From NCBI GenBank assembly GCA_963726745.1, contig CAVSDR010000003.1, positions 1 through 64,000 on the forward strand: a DNA stretch of 64,000 nt. Reading direction: 5' to 3'. The position numbers were made by a program, and so were the translations under genes. Position 1 is the stretch's first letter. Each line of letters begins with the position of its first letter. Origin of the DNA: an uncultured Verrucomicrobiae bacterium (lineage in GTDB: Bacteria; Verrucomicrobiota; Verrucomicrobiia; Chthoniobacterales; UBA10450). This document shows positions 31,999 through 43,028 of the stretch, in pieces. The notes under the pieces are model-generated. The model was given only the letters and a program-made list of their open reading frames with translations. It searched no databases and was not told the origin of the DNA.

Positions 31999-32421
31999 CT
32001 ATTTTCTGCGGCCTTCGTCGAACTCGATCAGGTCGAAGTAGGTCGCGATATCTTTCCGCCCCTCCCCGCCGGCTTCCTTTAGGAAGTGCGCGAAACGGGC
32101 GCGCTTAACCGCGGTATCCGGATGGCGCGTGATCATCGCCTGGTTCCACTCTTCGATCTCCTCGGGCGAATGCTGGACGCCGTTCGCCTGGACCCACTCG
32201 AGGATGGCCGCGTCTTCCTCGAGGCGATTGGCCGCTTCTTCGAAGGCGTCGGGATTGAGCTTAAGGAAAGCGAGCAGGTGCTTGTCGAAGCCGACGGTCT
32301 TGTAGTTGTAACCGTCGAGCAAACCCTTGCGATGCAGCTTCGCCTTGTCGATCAGGCGAGGCAGATGCACGTAGCCGCCGAGACGGTCATACGGACTGCG
32401 CGGAGGCTGCTTGATTCGCAT
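31999..32421 (-). CDS. DUF5069-like protein
   Basis: PRSPYDRLGGYVHLPRLIDKAK...FDLIEFDEGR. Confidence 0.8.
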   Translation of the reverse strand: MRIKQPPRSPYDRLGGYVHLPRLIDKAKLHRKGLLDGYNYKTVGFDKHLLAFLKLNPDAFEEAANRLEEDAAILEWVQANGVQHSPEEIEEWNQAMITRHPDTAVKRARFAHFLKEAGGEGRKDIATYFDLIEFDEGRRK

Positions 32422-32437
32422 TGAGCCCGGACTGGGC

Positions 32438-33337
32438 TTAGACGGCGGGGAGCGGTTGGCTCAAGCCCGGGAGCAACTCTTCGCTTTTGGCCGCCACGGG
32501 TTCCGCGGCCGGCGTCGCGGGAAGCAACTCGGCCTGGGTCAGGCCGCCGCTGCCGATCACCAATTGACCGGTGAACATGCCGCCTTTTTCCACGGAAATG
32601 CTCTTCGCATTCACGTTGCCGTCCAGCGAGGCGTTCCGGTGGATCACCACCACGGTGCGCGCCTCGACATCGCCGGTCATGTGGCCGCGAATCTCGATGC
32701 TCTTCACGTGGATCCGGCGGAAAAACTGCACGTCGGCCTTTCGCTCCACCAGGATGTGCTCGGCCGAGATGCGGCCGGGAATTTTGCCGCTGTAATTGAT
32801 CGTGACCATCCCCGAGGAAACAAGGTCGCCCCGGAGCTTCCCCTCGATCAAAGCCGAGCGGCAAATGACGTTGCTGCTACTGAGATCGCCCTTATGGGTC
32901 ACGTGCACTTCACCATGGGTGCGAATGACGCGGCTGAACGGGGTGGTAATTTTGTAATCGCGCAGGTCGAGATGCGCGCTGCACTTCGGACAGGTGGTGG
33001 AGGAAGCCGCGGAAGTGACTTCCTGGGTGGCCTTGCAATCGAAGCACTCGACCACCGAACTGCGCTGCTTCGTCCAGAGGCCCTCGATCCGGTTCATGAT
33101 CGACGAGGCCTGCGCGCTCATGGCCTCGACCGCAGCGGCCGGAGCCGAGACCGCGGCCGCAACCGCCGACTGCGCACCAGGGGTGCGTAGTCGGATCTCC
33201 GGCTGCTTCGGGGCGGAGGGCGCAAACGCGCTCCCGCATTGCCGGCACATCGTGCTCTTGGCCGCGACATACTCCATCTGCTTGAAGCCGCAGTGCGGGC
33301 ATTCCACACTGAGCTTGGCGGGGACGGATCTGGCCAC
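32438..33337 (-). CDS. Bactofilin-domain protein with two N-terminal zinc ribbons
   Basis: CPHC/CRQC and CFDC/CPKC; beta-helical region ending ASLDGNVNAKSISVEKGGMFTG. Confidence 0.8.
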   Translation of the reverse strand: MARSVPAKLSVECPHCGFKQMEYVAAKSTMCRQCGSAFAPSAPKQPEIRLRTPGAQSAVAAAVSAPAAAVEAMSAQASSIMNRIEGLWTKQRSSVVECFDCKATQEVTSAASSTTCPKCSAHLDLRDYKITTPFSRVIRTHGEVHVTHKGDLSSSNVICRSALIEGKLRGDLVSSGMVTINYSGKIPGRISAEHILVERKADVQFFRRIHVKSIEIRGHMTGDVEARTVVVIHRNASLDGNVNAKSISVEKGGMFTGQLVIGSGGLTQAELLPATPAAEPVAAKSEELLPGLSQPLPAV

Positions 33338-33364
33338 GGGGCGCGAAGGCTGGCGGAGGTCTCG

Positions 33365-33784
33365 TTAGGCGCGGGCGCCGAAGGCGGCTTTGACCGGCGC
33401 GGCGGACTCGTCGTTGCGGACGACTTCCGGGCGCGAGTTCGAGGAGGCTTTACCAGCACCGCTGGTCACTTCGGATTTGCCGATGAAAGTAGCGCCTTCC
33501 TCGATCACCAGGCGGGCAGCCTTCAGGTCGCCCTGGAGGGTGCAGCGGCTCTTCAGCTCGCAACGTTCGCCGACGGTGATGTTGCCATGCACCTTGCCGA
33601 ACACGGTGATCGACTTGGTCTTGATCTCACCCCGGATATCGGCGTTTTCGCCAATCGTGAGGACGCCGTCGGAATTGATCTCGCCTTCGACCTTGCCGTC
33701 GATCAGCAATTCCTTCTGAAATTTGATTGAGCCCTTAATCTCGACGTCGCTCGAGAGGATGTCTTTGCCGGAATGTTCTGCCAT
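33365..33784 (-). CDS. Bactofilin (polymer-forming cytoskeletal protein); may start at 33925
   Basis: LSSDVEIKGSIKF...IDGKVEGEI...LVIEEGATFIG. Confidence 0.92.
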   Translation of the reverse strand: MAEHSGKDILSSDVEIKGSIKFQKELLIDGKVEGEINSDGVLTIGENADIRGEIKTKSITVFGKVHGNITVGERCELKSRCTLQGDLKAARLVIEEGATFIGKSEVTSGAGKASSNSRPEVVRNDESAAPVKAAFGARA

Positions 33785-34077
33785 AATTTTTTGGTGATCG
33801 GTAGGTTGAGGTGTCGTTCTGACTTCCTCGCGGGGCGCGAGGCCGTTGTTATCATCAGTGCCCGCGCTTAACGATCCTTCTCCGATCGACGACAGGGGCT
33901 TTTGCGGGATGAATTTTTTCAACACGCGCCATTATTGAGAGCCACGAGGGAAATGTCAACGGAGAGGGTCGCTTAATTTGCGATTTTCGTGGAATAAAGC
34001 GCCGACTTCCGCTTGTCTGGAAAATTCCCTCGCGGCGAAGACGCTCGCACGGGCGCGGTGATATTTAGCCGGCAACC

Positions 34078-34150
<73 letters not shown>

Positions 34151-34269
34151 GTGATTGCGCCCGCGAATTAATCACGCGACCGCACCCTTGACCAATGCGG
34201 AATGCACTCGTTAGGGAACAGGTCGCGCCTTTTGCGATGGAACCGGTGCCTGACCCCGGTGCGTAGAAG

Positions 34270-36099
34270 GTGGTGGAGAAAATCATGGGAGCAGAAGCGA
34301 AGGAAATTTTATCGGAAGGGGCGGAGCTGCTCCCGGAAGGCGTGCGCTATCGCACCTGGTGCAAGCACAGCCGCGCAGCCGTCTCCATTGTCGACGCCGA
34401 GGGCACGGTGCTCCGGCACCTCCCGCTCACGAGTGAAGGCGGCGGCTATTTTAGCGCGCTCGATCCGCAAGGTGCAGCCGGCGATCTCTACCGTTTCCAC
34501 TTTGGCGATAGCCAAGGCTGGCCCGACCCGGCCTCGCGCTGGCAACCACAGGGCGTGCATGGCCCGTCGATGGTGATCGATCCTCATGCCTTCCCCTGGA
34601 CCGACCAGAAGTTCAAGGCGCCGCCTTATTCCGAGCTCGTGATCTACGAGTTGCACCTCGGCACGTTCACGCCCGAGGGCACCTTCCGGTCGGCGATTGC
34701 GAAGCTCGATCATCTGGTCACGCTCGGCGTAAATGCGCTCGAGCTCATGCCGATCGCCGATTTCCCGGGCGACCGGAATTGGGGCTACGATGGCGTCGCG
34801 CTTTACGCGCCGGCGCGGGCCTATGGGCACCCGGACGATCTCCGCGCGCTCGTCGATGCCGCTCACGCGCGCGGCCTCGCGGTCATGCTCGACGTGGTCT
34901 ACAACCACATGGGCCCGGATGGGAATTACCTCGGGGTTTATCACGACCGCTATTTCAACGAGAAGGAACACACGCCCTGGGGCGCGGCGCTGAACTACGG
35001 CCAATCCGCAGTGCGCGATTTCTTTGCGGAAAACGCGAGCTATTGGCTGCGCGAATTTCACATCGACGGCCTCCGTCTCGATGCGACCCACGCGATCATC
35101 GACCACTCCGAGCGGCACATCCTCGCGGAAATTAGCCAGCGCGTTCACACCCTTGGCGGTTTCCTCGTGGCCGAGGACGAACGCAACGAGCCCAGCCTCC
35201 TGCATCCGGTGAAGAGCGGCGGCTGCGCCTTTGACGGCGTCTGGTCGGACGATTTCCACCACGTCGTGCGCGTCATGCTCACGGGCGAGCGCCAGGGTTA
35301 CTACGAGAATTTCACCGGCACGCCGGAGGAATTGGCGGAGACGCTGGAGCATGGCTGGCTTTTTCGGGGCCATCGCAAGACCGTGGAAGGCGAACTCCGC
35401 GGGGGCCCGACCGACGACGTGCCGCCCGAGCGCTTCGTCTCCTGCATTTCGAATCACGACCAGATCGGCAATCGCGCTTTCGGCGACCGCTTGGGCCAGA
35501 CGATCGAACCCGCTGCCTATCGCGCCGCCTCGGCGTTGATCTGCCTGGTGCCCTTCACACCCATGCTTTTCATGGGCCAGGAATGGAACGCCTCCACGCC
35601 CTTTCAATTCTTCACTGAGCACAACGACGAGCTCGGCCGCCTGATCACGCAGGGCCGCCGGAAGGAGTTCCGGCATTTCGCGGAATTCGCCGACCCGGAA
35701 TTGCGCGAGACGATTCCCGACCCGCAGGCGCCGAGCACTTTTGAGAATTCGAAACTGCGCTGGGAAGAAATCGCGCGCGAGCCGCATGCGCCGATCCTTC
35801 GGCCTTTACCGCGAGTTTCTCGCGCTCCGCCAAAGCCAGCCTGCTTTCCGCGACCGCGCGCGCGAGCAGTGGAGCGTGGAGCTGCGCGGCAGAAGGCATC
35901 ATCGCGCTGACTCTCGGCCGGCAAACGGAAGCGCCGCTCCTCGTGCTCATCGATCTCGTCGGCGGGCACAGCCCGCCGGAGCTCGAGGGTTGGCGGCCGC
36001 TGCTTTCGTCGAACGAAGAGCGCTTCGGCGGCGACCGCGTCGGCGGATTTCCGCCAGCCGACCACGGCGGTTTATTTAGGCAGCACTTTGGTGCCGTAG
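34270..36099 (+). CDS. treZ: Malto-oligosyltrehalose trehalohydrolase (3' frameshifts, end approximate)
   Basis: DPASRWQPQGVHGPS, YELHLGTFT, WGYDGV, GLRLDATHAI, NHDQIGNRAFGDRL. Confidence 0.93.
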
Positions 36100-36821
36100 A
36101 TTTCCACCTCGAGATCCTCGGCCACGCAAAGGTGCGCCGGAGGTCCCGCGAGTTCTGCGAAGCCATCGAGCGCCGCCGGCACCAGCGACCACTCGGGCAC
36201 TTCCGCCGGGCGATAGCGATAGCGTGCATGGGCCACCTGCCCGCGCACCAGCCGGCGCCAGCGGCGCGCGTAGAGGTAGTAGCGTTCCAGCAGGAAGAAC
36301 TCGAGCGTGCCCGGCCCGGCCTCGCGTGCTTCCCCCACGCCACGGTAACGAAAGCGCGCTGTCTCCTGCGCCCCGCGCCGGCGCGACTCGTAGTCGACCC
36401 ATCCCCCTTCCACGCGCGCGCTCATCGCCGCATCGCGATAAGGCAAGCCCATGAATTTTTGCGCCAGCTGCACCGCGACCGGCTGGCTGCAATCCAGCGA
36501 GTAGAACCAAACCCCCGGCACGCCCTGCGCGTCATGCACATAAGTGCGCACGTTTAGCTCGAGGAAATTGGAAAGCCACGGCACCGTCGGCAGACCGACC
36601 GGACGCACGCGTTCCATGAAAAACGGGACCACCGCGAGATAGGCCGCACCTTCATAAGTGTCGACCGTCAGGCCGGCTGGCAAAGTGCCCTGGATGCGCT
36701 CCGCCGGCACGGCCCAATGCAGGAAAAGCAGGCGGGCCCAGCGTTGCCGCATGAGCAGCGGCCGCAGCCCATCGGGAGCAAGCGCCGCCCGGCGCGAAGT
36801 CTCGTTAGGCAGCAACATCAC
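36072..36821 (-). CDS. YqjF/DUF2071 family protein
   Basis: MRQRWARLLFLHW, FLELNVRTYV, GVWFYSLD, FFLLERY. Confidence 0.88.
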   Translation of the reverse strand: MMLLPNETSRRAALAPDGLRPLLMRQRWARLLFLHWAVPAERIQGTLPAGLTVDTYEGAAYLAVVPFFMERVRPVGLPTVPWLSNFLELNVRTYVHDAQGVPGVWFYSLDCSQPVAVQLAQKFMGLPYRDAAMSARVEGGWVDYESRRRGAQETARFRYRGVGEAREAGPGTLEFFLLERYYLYARRWRRLVRGQVAHARYRYRPAEVPEWSLVPAALDGFAELAGPPAHLCVAEDLEVEIYGTKVLPK

Positions 36822-36851
36822 TTAGACGGCGGAACCAGCCCGCCGCACTCG

Positions 36852-39800
36852 TTAGCTTTTCCCGAGGATATGCTTGATCCCCCGGAGCGGAATCACCACC
36901 CAATCCGGCCGGTTATTTAACTCGTAGCCGACCTCATAGACTGCCTTGTCCAGCAGGTAAGCATCCAGCATCACCTTGAGATCGTCTTCGCTCCGCGGAA
37001 TAAAGACCGCGCCGCGGCTCGTCTCCAGGTATCTCCGGAGGAAGACATCGCTCATGTGCCGATACCAAAGGTCGGCCCAGCGCTCCAGGAAAGGCATGTC
37101 CTCCGGCCGCATCGACGGCTGCCAGAGCGCGCTATAGGCGGCATATTGGAAAGAGCGCATCATCCCGGCGACGTCGCGCAAGGCCGAGCGCTTGAGCTTC
37201 CGCTCGCTCAAAGGCCGCGCCGGCTCGCCCTCGAAGTCGAGAATAATGAAGTCTTTCCCGGTGTAGAGCACCTGCCCAAGATGGTAGTCGCCATGGATCC
37301 GGATCTTGGCCGCGCCCGCGATGCGGTCGAGAATCCGGCGCTCTTGCGTAAGGATTTCCTCCTCCGCGCCATGCACCGCCGCGGCTTCCTCGCGCACGTG
37401 CGCCGGAAGCTGGTTAAGCTTCTTACCTAACAAGTCCCAGGAACGCCGCAGGAGCGCGCGCATGTTCTGGAAAACCGAACGCTGCGCCATGGCATTGAAC
37501 GGTTCCGGGGCAAAGGCTTTGTCGTCCTCCTTGGAAGCCAGGGCGAGGTGCAGCTCCGCCGTGCGCTGACCCAGGAGTTGGGCGCGTTCGGGATAAATTC
37601 CGCCGATCAATTCGTCGACTAACGGCCCTTCCGCGACCGTCTCGCTTTGCAGGTCCGCCTTGCGCGCCAGGACGCGCTCATAGAACCGGCTCACGGAATC
37701 GAGCGTCATTTCCCAGGCATCCCCTTCACTGCTCACCGCCGTCTGCATCGCGCAGACCACCGTTGGCTCAGCCTTCCCGCGGCGATACTCGATCATGCCG
37801 GCAAAAGCAGGCACGTTGGCGAAGCCACCCTTCTCGGAAAGGAAACGCGTGACTTCCACATCGGGATTCACGCCGTCCTCCAGCTTCCGGTAGAGCTTAA
37901 GGAAGAACTTGCCGTCAAAGATCATCGAGGAATTGCTTTGCTCGACCCCGAGGACCACGGAAGGCAAGCCGCCGTCCACCCCTGCGAGCGCGGCTCCCTG
38001 CGTGCCGACGATGTCACCATTTCTCCCGGGGAAATGCTGTGCCTGTGCCATCAGGCTAAACAGGTTTTCGCGGAAACCGGCATCGTAGATTGCATCGTGC
38101 AGGATGGTCTCCTCGGCGCCCTCAAAGCGGGCGATCACCGCCGGCTGCGCGGTTTCGGAAATCTGCCGCGCGGCCTGCCCGCGAGCAATCGCCACCGGCA
38201 AGGTGTAGGTCTCGGGCGCGCCGTCGCGATAGGTTACTTCGACAAACCAGATTCGCGCCGCTTCCGGCTCGGCCGACACGGAGACCTGCTCCGCAATTCG
38301 CATCCCAGAAATGCTACGCGCCTTCGAGCCAAACCAGCGGCGATTGCGCACGTAAGTCGGCAGGATTTCGCGCTCGATGACCTTGCGCTGGTCGCCACTG
38401 AGCAGGGTGGCAAACTCCGGCACGAAAGAAAGTGTCGGCACTTCCCGCGGCGCCAAGCGCGCGGCGTCCTGTGGCTGTGCACTCAACACGAACCAAAAGT
38501 GCGAGTGCGGTCCGAGAGTCAGCACATAAGGAGTTTCCTTGATCGGCGGGAAGTAATTCTGCCCAAAGACCTCCATTAAAGTGCAGCCGGCAAAACGCGA
38601 GAGATCGACTTCCGCGACCTGCGAGAAGCGCGACAAGTTAACTACCACTAAGACTGTTTCACCTTCGAAGCTGCGGAGAAAAGCCAGCACCTTGGCGTTA
38701 TCCGGCAAGAGGAACTCGAGCGTCCCGCGTGAGAACGCCTTGAAGTTCTTCCGCATCGCGATCACCCGCCGGGTCCACCACAAAAGAGACGACAAGTTCT
38801 TTTGCTGGTTCTCCACGTTGATCGCCTCGTAGTTATACTCCGGGTCGATCACGATCGGGAGGAAGAGCTGCTGTGGGTTCGCCCGCGAAAAGCCGGCATT
38901 GCGATCGGCGCTCCACTGCATCGGCGTGCGGCAGCCGTTGCGGTCGCCGAGGTAAACATTGTCGCCCATCCCGATCTCGTCGCCGTAGTAGAGCACGGGG
39001 GTTCCTGGCATGGAGAAAAGAAGGATATTTAGCAGCTCGATCTTGCGTCGGCTATTGGCCAACAACGGCGCAAGACGGCGGCGAATGCCGAGGTTAATCC
39101 GCGCCGTCGGATCGGTCGCGTAGACGCGCCACATGTAGTCGCGCTCTTCGTCGGTAACCATCTCGAGCGTGAGCTCGTCGTGGTTCCGCAGAAACATGGC
39201 CCACTGGCAAACCTCCGGGATTGCCGGCGTTTGCTCCATGATGTCGATGATCGGAAAGCGATCCTCCATCTGCAAGGCCATGAACATCCGTGGCATTAAC
39301 GGAAAGTGGAAATTCATGTGCGACTCGTCGCCGTTGCCGAAGTAAGTCACGGCGTCTTCCGGCCATTGGTTCGCTTCCGCCAGGAGCATGCGGCCTTGGT
39401 AGTTCGCATCGATGTGCGCGCGGAGTTTCTTTAAGTAGGTATGCGTCTCGGGCAGGTTCTCGCAGCTGGTGTTTTCGCGCTCGTAAAGGTAAGGCACCGC
39501 GTCCAGGCGCAAGCCATCCACACCCATCTGCAGCCAGAAATCGAGCACCTTGAGCACAGCCTCGTGGACTGCCGGATTGTCGAAATTCAAATCCGGCTGG
39601 TGCGAGTAAAAGCGATGCCAGTAGTAAGCCTTCGCCACCGGATCCCAGGACCAATTCGAGAGCTCGAAATCCTTAAAGATAATTCGCGCGCTGCTATACT
39701 TATCCGGTGAATCGCTCCAGACATAGAAGTCGCGCTCGGGCGAGCCGGCCGGCGCGCGGCGCGCTTTCTGGAACCACGGGTTCTGGTCGGAGGAATGATT

Positions 39801-40124
39801 GATCACCAGTTCGGTGATCACCTTGAGCCCGCGCTCGTGTGCCGCGGCGAGGAAGGCCTTGAAGTCGGCCAGCGTCCCGTAGTTCGGGTTCACGTCGAAG
39901 TAGTCGGCAATATCATAGCCGTCGTCCTTTAGCGGCGAAGGATAGAACGGCAGGATCCAGATCGCGGTTACGCCGAGTTCCTGGAGATAATCGAGCTTCT
40001 CGATCAAGCCGCGGAAATCGCCAATGCCATCGCCGTTGCTGTCGTGAAAAGTCTTCACGTGCAGCTCGTAAATGACGGCGTCTTTATACCAAAGCGGATC
40101 GACCGATTGCGTCGCGGAACCCAT
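36852..40124 (-). CDS. treS: Trehalose synthase fused to maltokinase
   Basis: WYKDAVIYE, FLRNHDELTLEMVT, NLGIRRRLAP; C-terminal EQSNSS, RIHGDYHLGQ, DFEGEP. Confidence 0.97.
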   Translation of the reverse strand: MGSATQSVDPLWYKDAVIYELHVKTFHDSNGDGIGDFRGLIEKLDYLQELGVTAIWILPFYPSPLKDDGYDIADYFDVNPNYGTLADFKAFLAAAHERGLKVITELVINHSSDQNPWFQKARRAPAGSPERDFYVWSDSPDKYSSARIIFKDFELSNWSWDPVAKAYYWHRFYSHQPDLNFDNPAVHEAVLKVLDFWLQMGVDGLRLDAVPYLYERENTSCENLPETHTYLKKLRAHIDANYQGRMLLAEANQWPEDAVTYFGNGDESHMNFHFPLMPRMFMALQMEDRFPIIDIMEQTPAIPEVCQWAMFLRNHDELTLEMVTDEERDYMWRVYATDPTARINLGIRRRLAPLLANSRRKIELLNILLFSMPGTPVLYYGDEIGMGDNVYLGDRNGCRTPMQWSADRNAGFSRANPQQLFLPIVIDPEYNYEAINVENQQKNLSSLLWWTRRVIAMRKNFKAFSRGTLEFLLPDNAKVLAFLRSFEGETVLVVVNLSRFSQVAEVDLSRFAGCTLMEVFGQNYFPPIKETPYVLTLGPHSHFWFVLSAQPQDAARLAPREVPTLSFVPEFATLLSGDQRKVIEREILPTYVRNRRWFGSKARSISGMRIAEQVSVSAEPEAARIWFVEVTYRDGAPETYTLPVAIARGQAARQISETAQPAVIARFEGAEETILHDAIYDAGFRENLFSLMAQAQHFPGRNGDIVGTQGAALAGVDGGLPSVVLGVEQSNSSMIFDGKFFLKLYRKLEDGVNPDVEVTRFLSEKGGFANVPAFAGMIEYRRGKAEPTVVCAMQTAVSSEGDAWEMTLDSVSRFYERVLARKADLQSETVAEGPLVDELIGGIYPERAQLLGQRTAELHLALASKEDDKAFAPEPFNAMAQRSVFQNMRALLRRSWDLLGKKLNQLPAHVREEAAAVHGAEEEILTQERRILDRIAGAAKIRIHGDYHLGQVLYTGKDFIILDFEGEPARPLSERKLKRSALRDVAGMMRSFQYAAYSALWQPSMRPEDMPFLERWADLWYRHMSDVFLRRYLETSRGAVFIPRSEDDLKVMLDAYLLDKAVYEVGYELNNRPDWVVIPLRGIKHILGKS

Positions 40125-40195
40125 GGTCTAACACTTGGCGCACAATGCCGCGCCGCGCAATGCACGCAGGCTGGCGCCGGGTATTTCTTCCCCGC

Positions 40196-40585
40196 TCAGG
40201 CGCGCGCGCCGAGCGTCCCGGCGGCGTGGCCCAGCCAAACCGCGAACAAACAAAGAAGCACCGAGACGGCAACGTTGGCCAGCCCGCGGAACCATTCCCC
40301 CGCCTGGAGCAGCGCGAGCGTCTGCAGGCTGAAGGAGGAAAAGGTCGTGTAGCCGCCGCAGAGGCCAACCATCAGGAAAAGCCTGGCCGCGGGGCTTCCC
40401 CACCAGCGGCCTTCCACGATCGCCAAGCCAGCGAACAGGCCGAGGACGAAGGAGCCGGTGACGTTCACCACCAAAGTCCCGAGGGGAAAATGGTCGCCGT
40501 AGCGGGCGGTGAGCGCGCCGGCTAACCAAAACCGCAGGACGCTGCCGAGGGCCCCACCGGCGGCGACGTAGAGATACGGAAGCAT
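40196..40585 (-). CDS. crcB: Fluoride channel Fluc
   Basis: GGALGSVLR, FPLGTLVVN, GLCGGYTTFSSF. Confidence 0.95.
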   Translation of the reverse strand: MLPYLYVAAGGALGSVLRFWLAGALTARYGDHFPLGTLVVNVTGSFVLGLFAGLAIVEGRWWGSPAARLFLMVGLCGGYTTFSSFSLQTLALLQAGEWFRGLANVAVSVLLCLFAVWLGHAAGTLGARA

Positions 40586-40612
40586 GTCGAGCCGCGCCGC
40601 CTGCCCCGCGGC

Positions 40613-41366
40613 CTAACGAACCTCGGTCACGCGGCTGGAGACGCAGCGCCAGCGGCCGTTGCGCTCTTTCCAGGTGTCGATGAAACGCCGGCTAACCTTG
40701 AACTTCTCGCCCTTCCCGGTGACGCCGCTCTCGGTGCTGAAGCCGGTGACGACGGCTGTCTTCGGGCCGGCACTGCGCACGGTCATGCGGTGGGCGCGCG
40801 CGGAGCGATAGGTGTTTTTATCGCGGCGCAGGAGCGCGAGGACGCTGGCCTTCGAGGCCGTTTGGCCGTCGGCCGAGGTGGCTTCGAAATCGGGCGCCAG
40901 CAGCTCGTCGAGCGCTTTGGCATCGTGGTTTTTAATCGCGGCCGCCCAGCGGTTCTCGAGCGCGCGGATGTTCGCAGCCACCACCCAGCTGCTTTCGGAA
41001 AAGTCGAAAGTCGGCTCCGAGGCGCGCGGGCCGCGGTTGGGCGCAGCGGGCACGCGCCGGATGAATGGGGTGCGCTCGTCCAGCGGGCGGACCGGCTTTT
41101 CGCGCAGGCTGCGGCGAGGCGTCGCGGTTTTGGCCGGCTTCGAAGCTGGCGCAGCGGTAGGCGCAGGCGTGGCGCTCTCCTCCGGGGGGGCGACGGGCGC
41201 GGGCGTCTCCGCAGGCTGTCGGCGTGGGCGACGGGGCCGGCGTGGCTGGCGGCGCCTCCGGCGGCGGAGAGCTCCGGCGGAAGGGAGCCGCGGCGTCCTG
41301 CGCGGGCAGGGAAGTTGCCGTCAAAAACACGGCCGAAAATAAGAGGCGGAAGAAAGTGGGGCGCAT
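40613..41366 (-). CDS. Secreted NTF2-like (DUF4440) protein with a Pro-rich linker (frameshifted)
   Basis: Signal peptide MRPTFFRLLFSAVFL; IRALENRWAAAI...RFIDTWKERNGRWRCV. Confidence 0.75.
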
Positions 41367-41636
41367 CGTCGCGGCTGCGCGCGGCAGCCAGGTTTATGGG
41401 CGCATCGTAGTGCGCACACTTGCGCTTTCAACTGCTTTTCCTCCCGCTGGGGCCGCATCGTTTCCGCCGGGACAGGCGCGGCGGAATTCCAGTTGGACGA
41501 AGCTGCTCCAAGGCACTAAAAGACAACCGCGCATGTGCTCACCCTTCCCTTTCGCGAAGCTTTTTCACTCGTTAGGCAGCGAGCTCGCGTCCCGCGCGGC
41601 TGAGCGCGTCGGCTAATTTTTCTCCTCCCTGCCGCG

Positions 41637-42293
41637 ATGGAACCCACCGAGAACGAACCGGCGCCGGAAACGCCCCCGAGAGGCCGCGGCCACTCTACCC
41701 TGAGCGCGCCAGCGCTCGAGCCGGGCGCGCCGACCGACCTGGAATTGATGGAAGGCATCCAGCGCGAGGACCCGGAGGCGCTCTCGCAGCTCTACGATCG
41801 CTACAACGGCATCATCAAGGCGCTCATCCTCCGGGTGATCCACAACGAAGCCGAGGCCGACGATTTGCTGCAGGAGATCTTCATGGAGATCTGGAACCAG
41901 GCGAAGAATTTCTCTGCGCAAAAGGGGAAGCCGCTCGGCTGGATGGTGACGCTGGCGCGGCGCCGCGCGATCGATGGCTTGCGCAAAAAGCAGGCCTACG
42001 CCCGCGCCGGCGAGCGCCTGCAAAGCGAGACCGAGCAGCAGCCGGATGCCTGGGTGCACAACGCCACCGAGGAGGAAATTACCTTCAGCGATACCCGCAT
42101 TCTCGTGCGCCGGGTGATCGAAACCCTGCCCCCAGCGCAGCAGCAGGCCATAAATCTCGCATTTTTTCGCGGAATGAGTCAGCGCGAAATCGCCGCAAAT
42201 ACGAATACACCTCTAGGCACAGTCAAAACGCGGCTCGAATTGGGCCTGAAAAAGATCTACGACGGCCTGAAAGAACTGCGCGATGAACTTTGA
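41637..42293 (+). CDS. ECF sigma factor (SigK-like)
   Basis: LSQLYDRY, ADDLLQEIFMEIW, ARRRAID, PLGTVKTRL. Confidence 0.92.
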   Translation: MEPTENEPAPETPPRGRGHSTLSAPALEPGAPTDLELMEGIQREDPEALSQLYDRYNGIIKALILRVIHNEAEADDLLQEIFMEIWNQAKNFSAQKGKPLGWMVTLARRRAIDGLRKKQAYARAGERLQSETEQQPDAWVHNATEEEITFSDTRILVRRVIETLPPAQQQAINLAFFRGMSQREIAANTNTPLGTVKTRLELGLKKIYDGLKELRDEL

Positions 42294-42519
42294 CGAATTC
42301 CAGAACCGCGCGCGCCTTTACGTGATCGGCGCCTTGGAGCGGGACGAGACGACGGACTTCGAGCAGGCGCGGAAGGAATTTGGCCAGGCAGCGGAGGATT
42401 TCATCGTCGAGTGCTATAACCTGCACGAGGCCTTCGCCCTGAGCCTGCGCCCGGCGCAGGCCGCGGGCTCGATCAAAGATCGCCTGATGGCGCGCGTGCG
42501 GGCGCGCGAGGCGCACTAG
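42283..42519 (+). CDS. Small anti-sigma-domain-like protein
   Basis: Overlaps the sigma gene; LYVIGALE...FE and IKDRLMAR resemble an RskA N-terminus. Confidence 0.65.
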   Translation: MNFDEFQNRARLYVIGALERDETTDFEQARKEFGQAAEDFIVECYNLHEAFALSLRPAQAAGSIKDRLMARVRAREAH

Positions 42520-43025
42520 CCGGCGGCGGGTTCGTTGCCGGGCATCTCCTGGAGGATGAACTCCTGGAGGAAGCCGTAGAAATTGATCTGGAAAAGGCTC
42601 AAGTCACGGCGTGACCCGATGGGCGAGCGATATTGATCGCCCAGCTCCGCCTCGGTAAAGCCATAGCGCGCGGCGATCACCAGGCGCGCCTGGTTGAGCG
42701 CGCTCAGCCAGGCCTCGGCATGCGCCAGCGGGATGCGCAGCGAACAATTGGCGAACGGTTTCGCCTGCCCGTCGAGCGGCTTTAAATCCGCGCTCACCGT
42801 TTCGGTGGCGTGGCGAAAGAGACGGCGCAATTCCGGTTGCACATAGACCTTCCACTCCGCGCAGATTTCGCTCTCGCCGGCGGCGGCCGGTCGGCTGAAA
42901 AGGCGCGCCTGCGCCGGCTCACTCCCATCGGTCTTGGCGCTTTCCGGGATTTGCCGGAGGAGCTCGGCCAGAAAGGGATCGATCTCCGCAATCTCGAGCA
43001 CGTCATCTTGCCGCCTAAGTTCCAT
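42516..43025 (-). CDS. DUF2017-like protein
   Basis: ARLFSRP, AEAWLSALNQARL, YGFLQE; adjacent to clpS. Confidence 0.75.
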   Translation of the reverse strand: MELRRQDDVLEIAEIDPFLAELLRQIPESAKTDGSEPAQARLFSRPAAAGESEICAEWKVYVQPELRRLFRHATETVSADLKPLDGQAKPFANCSLRIPLAHAEAWLSALNQARLVIAARYGFTEAELGDQYRSPIGSRRDLSLFQINFYGFLQEFILQEMPGNEPAAG

Positions 43026-43028
43026 TGC

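Noticed and set aside
36852..40124. TreS-maltokinase fusion as a novelty
   Set aside because: This is a well-known architecture.
40586..40612. Fluoride riboswitch upstream of crcB
   Set aside because: Only 27 bp separate crcB from the upstream gene, and the riboswitch consensus is absent.
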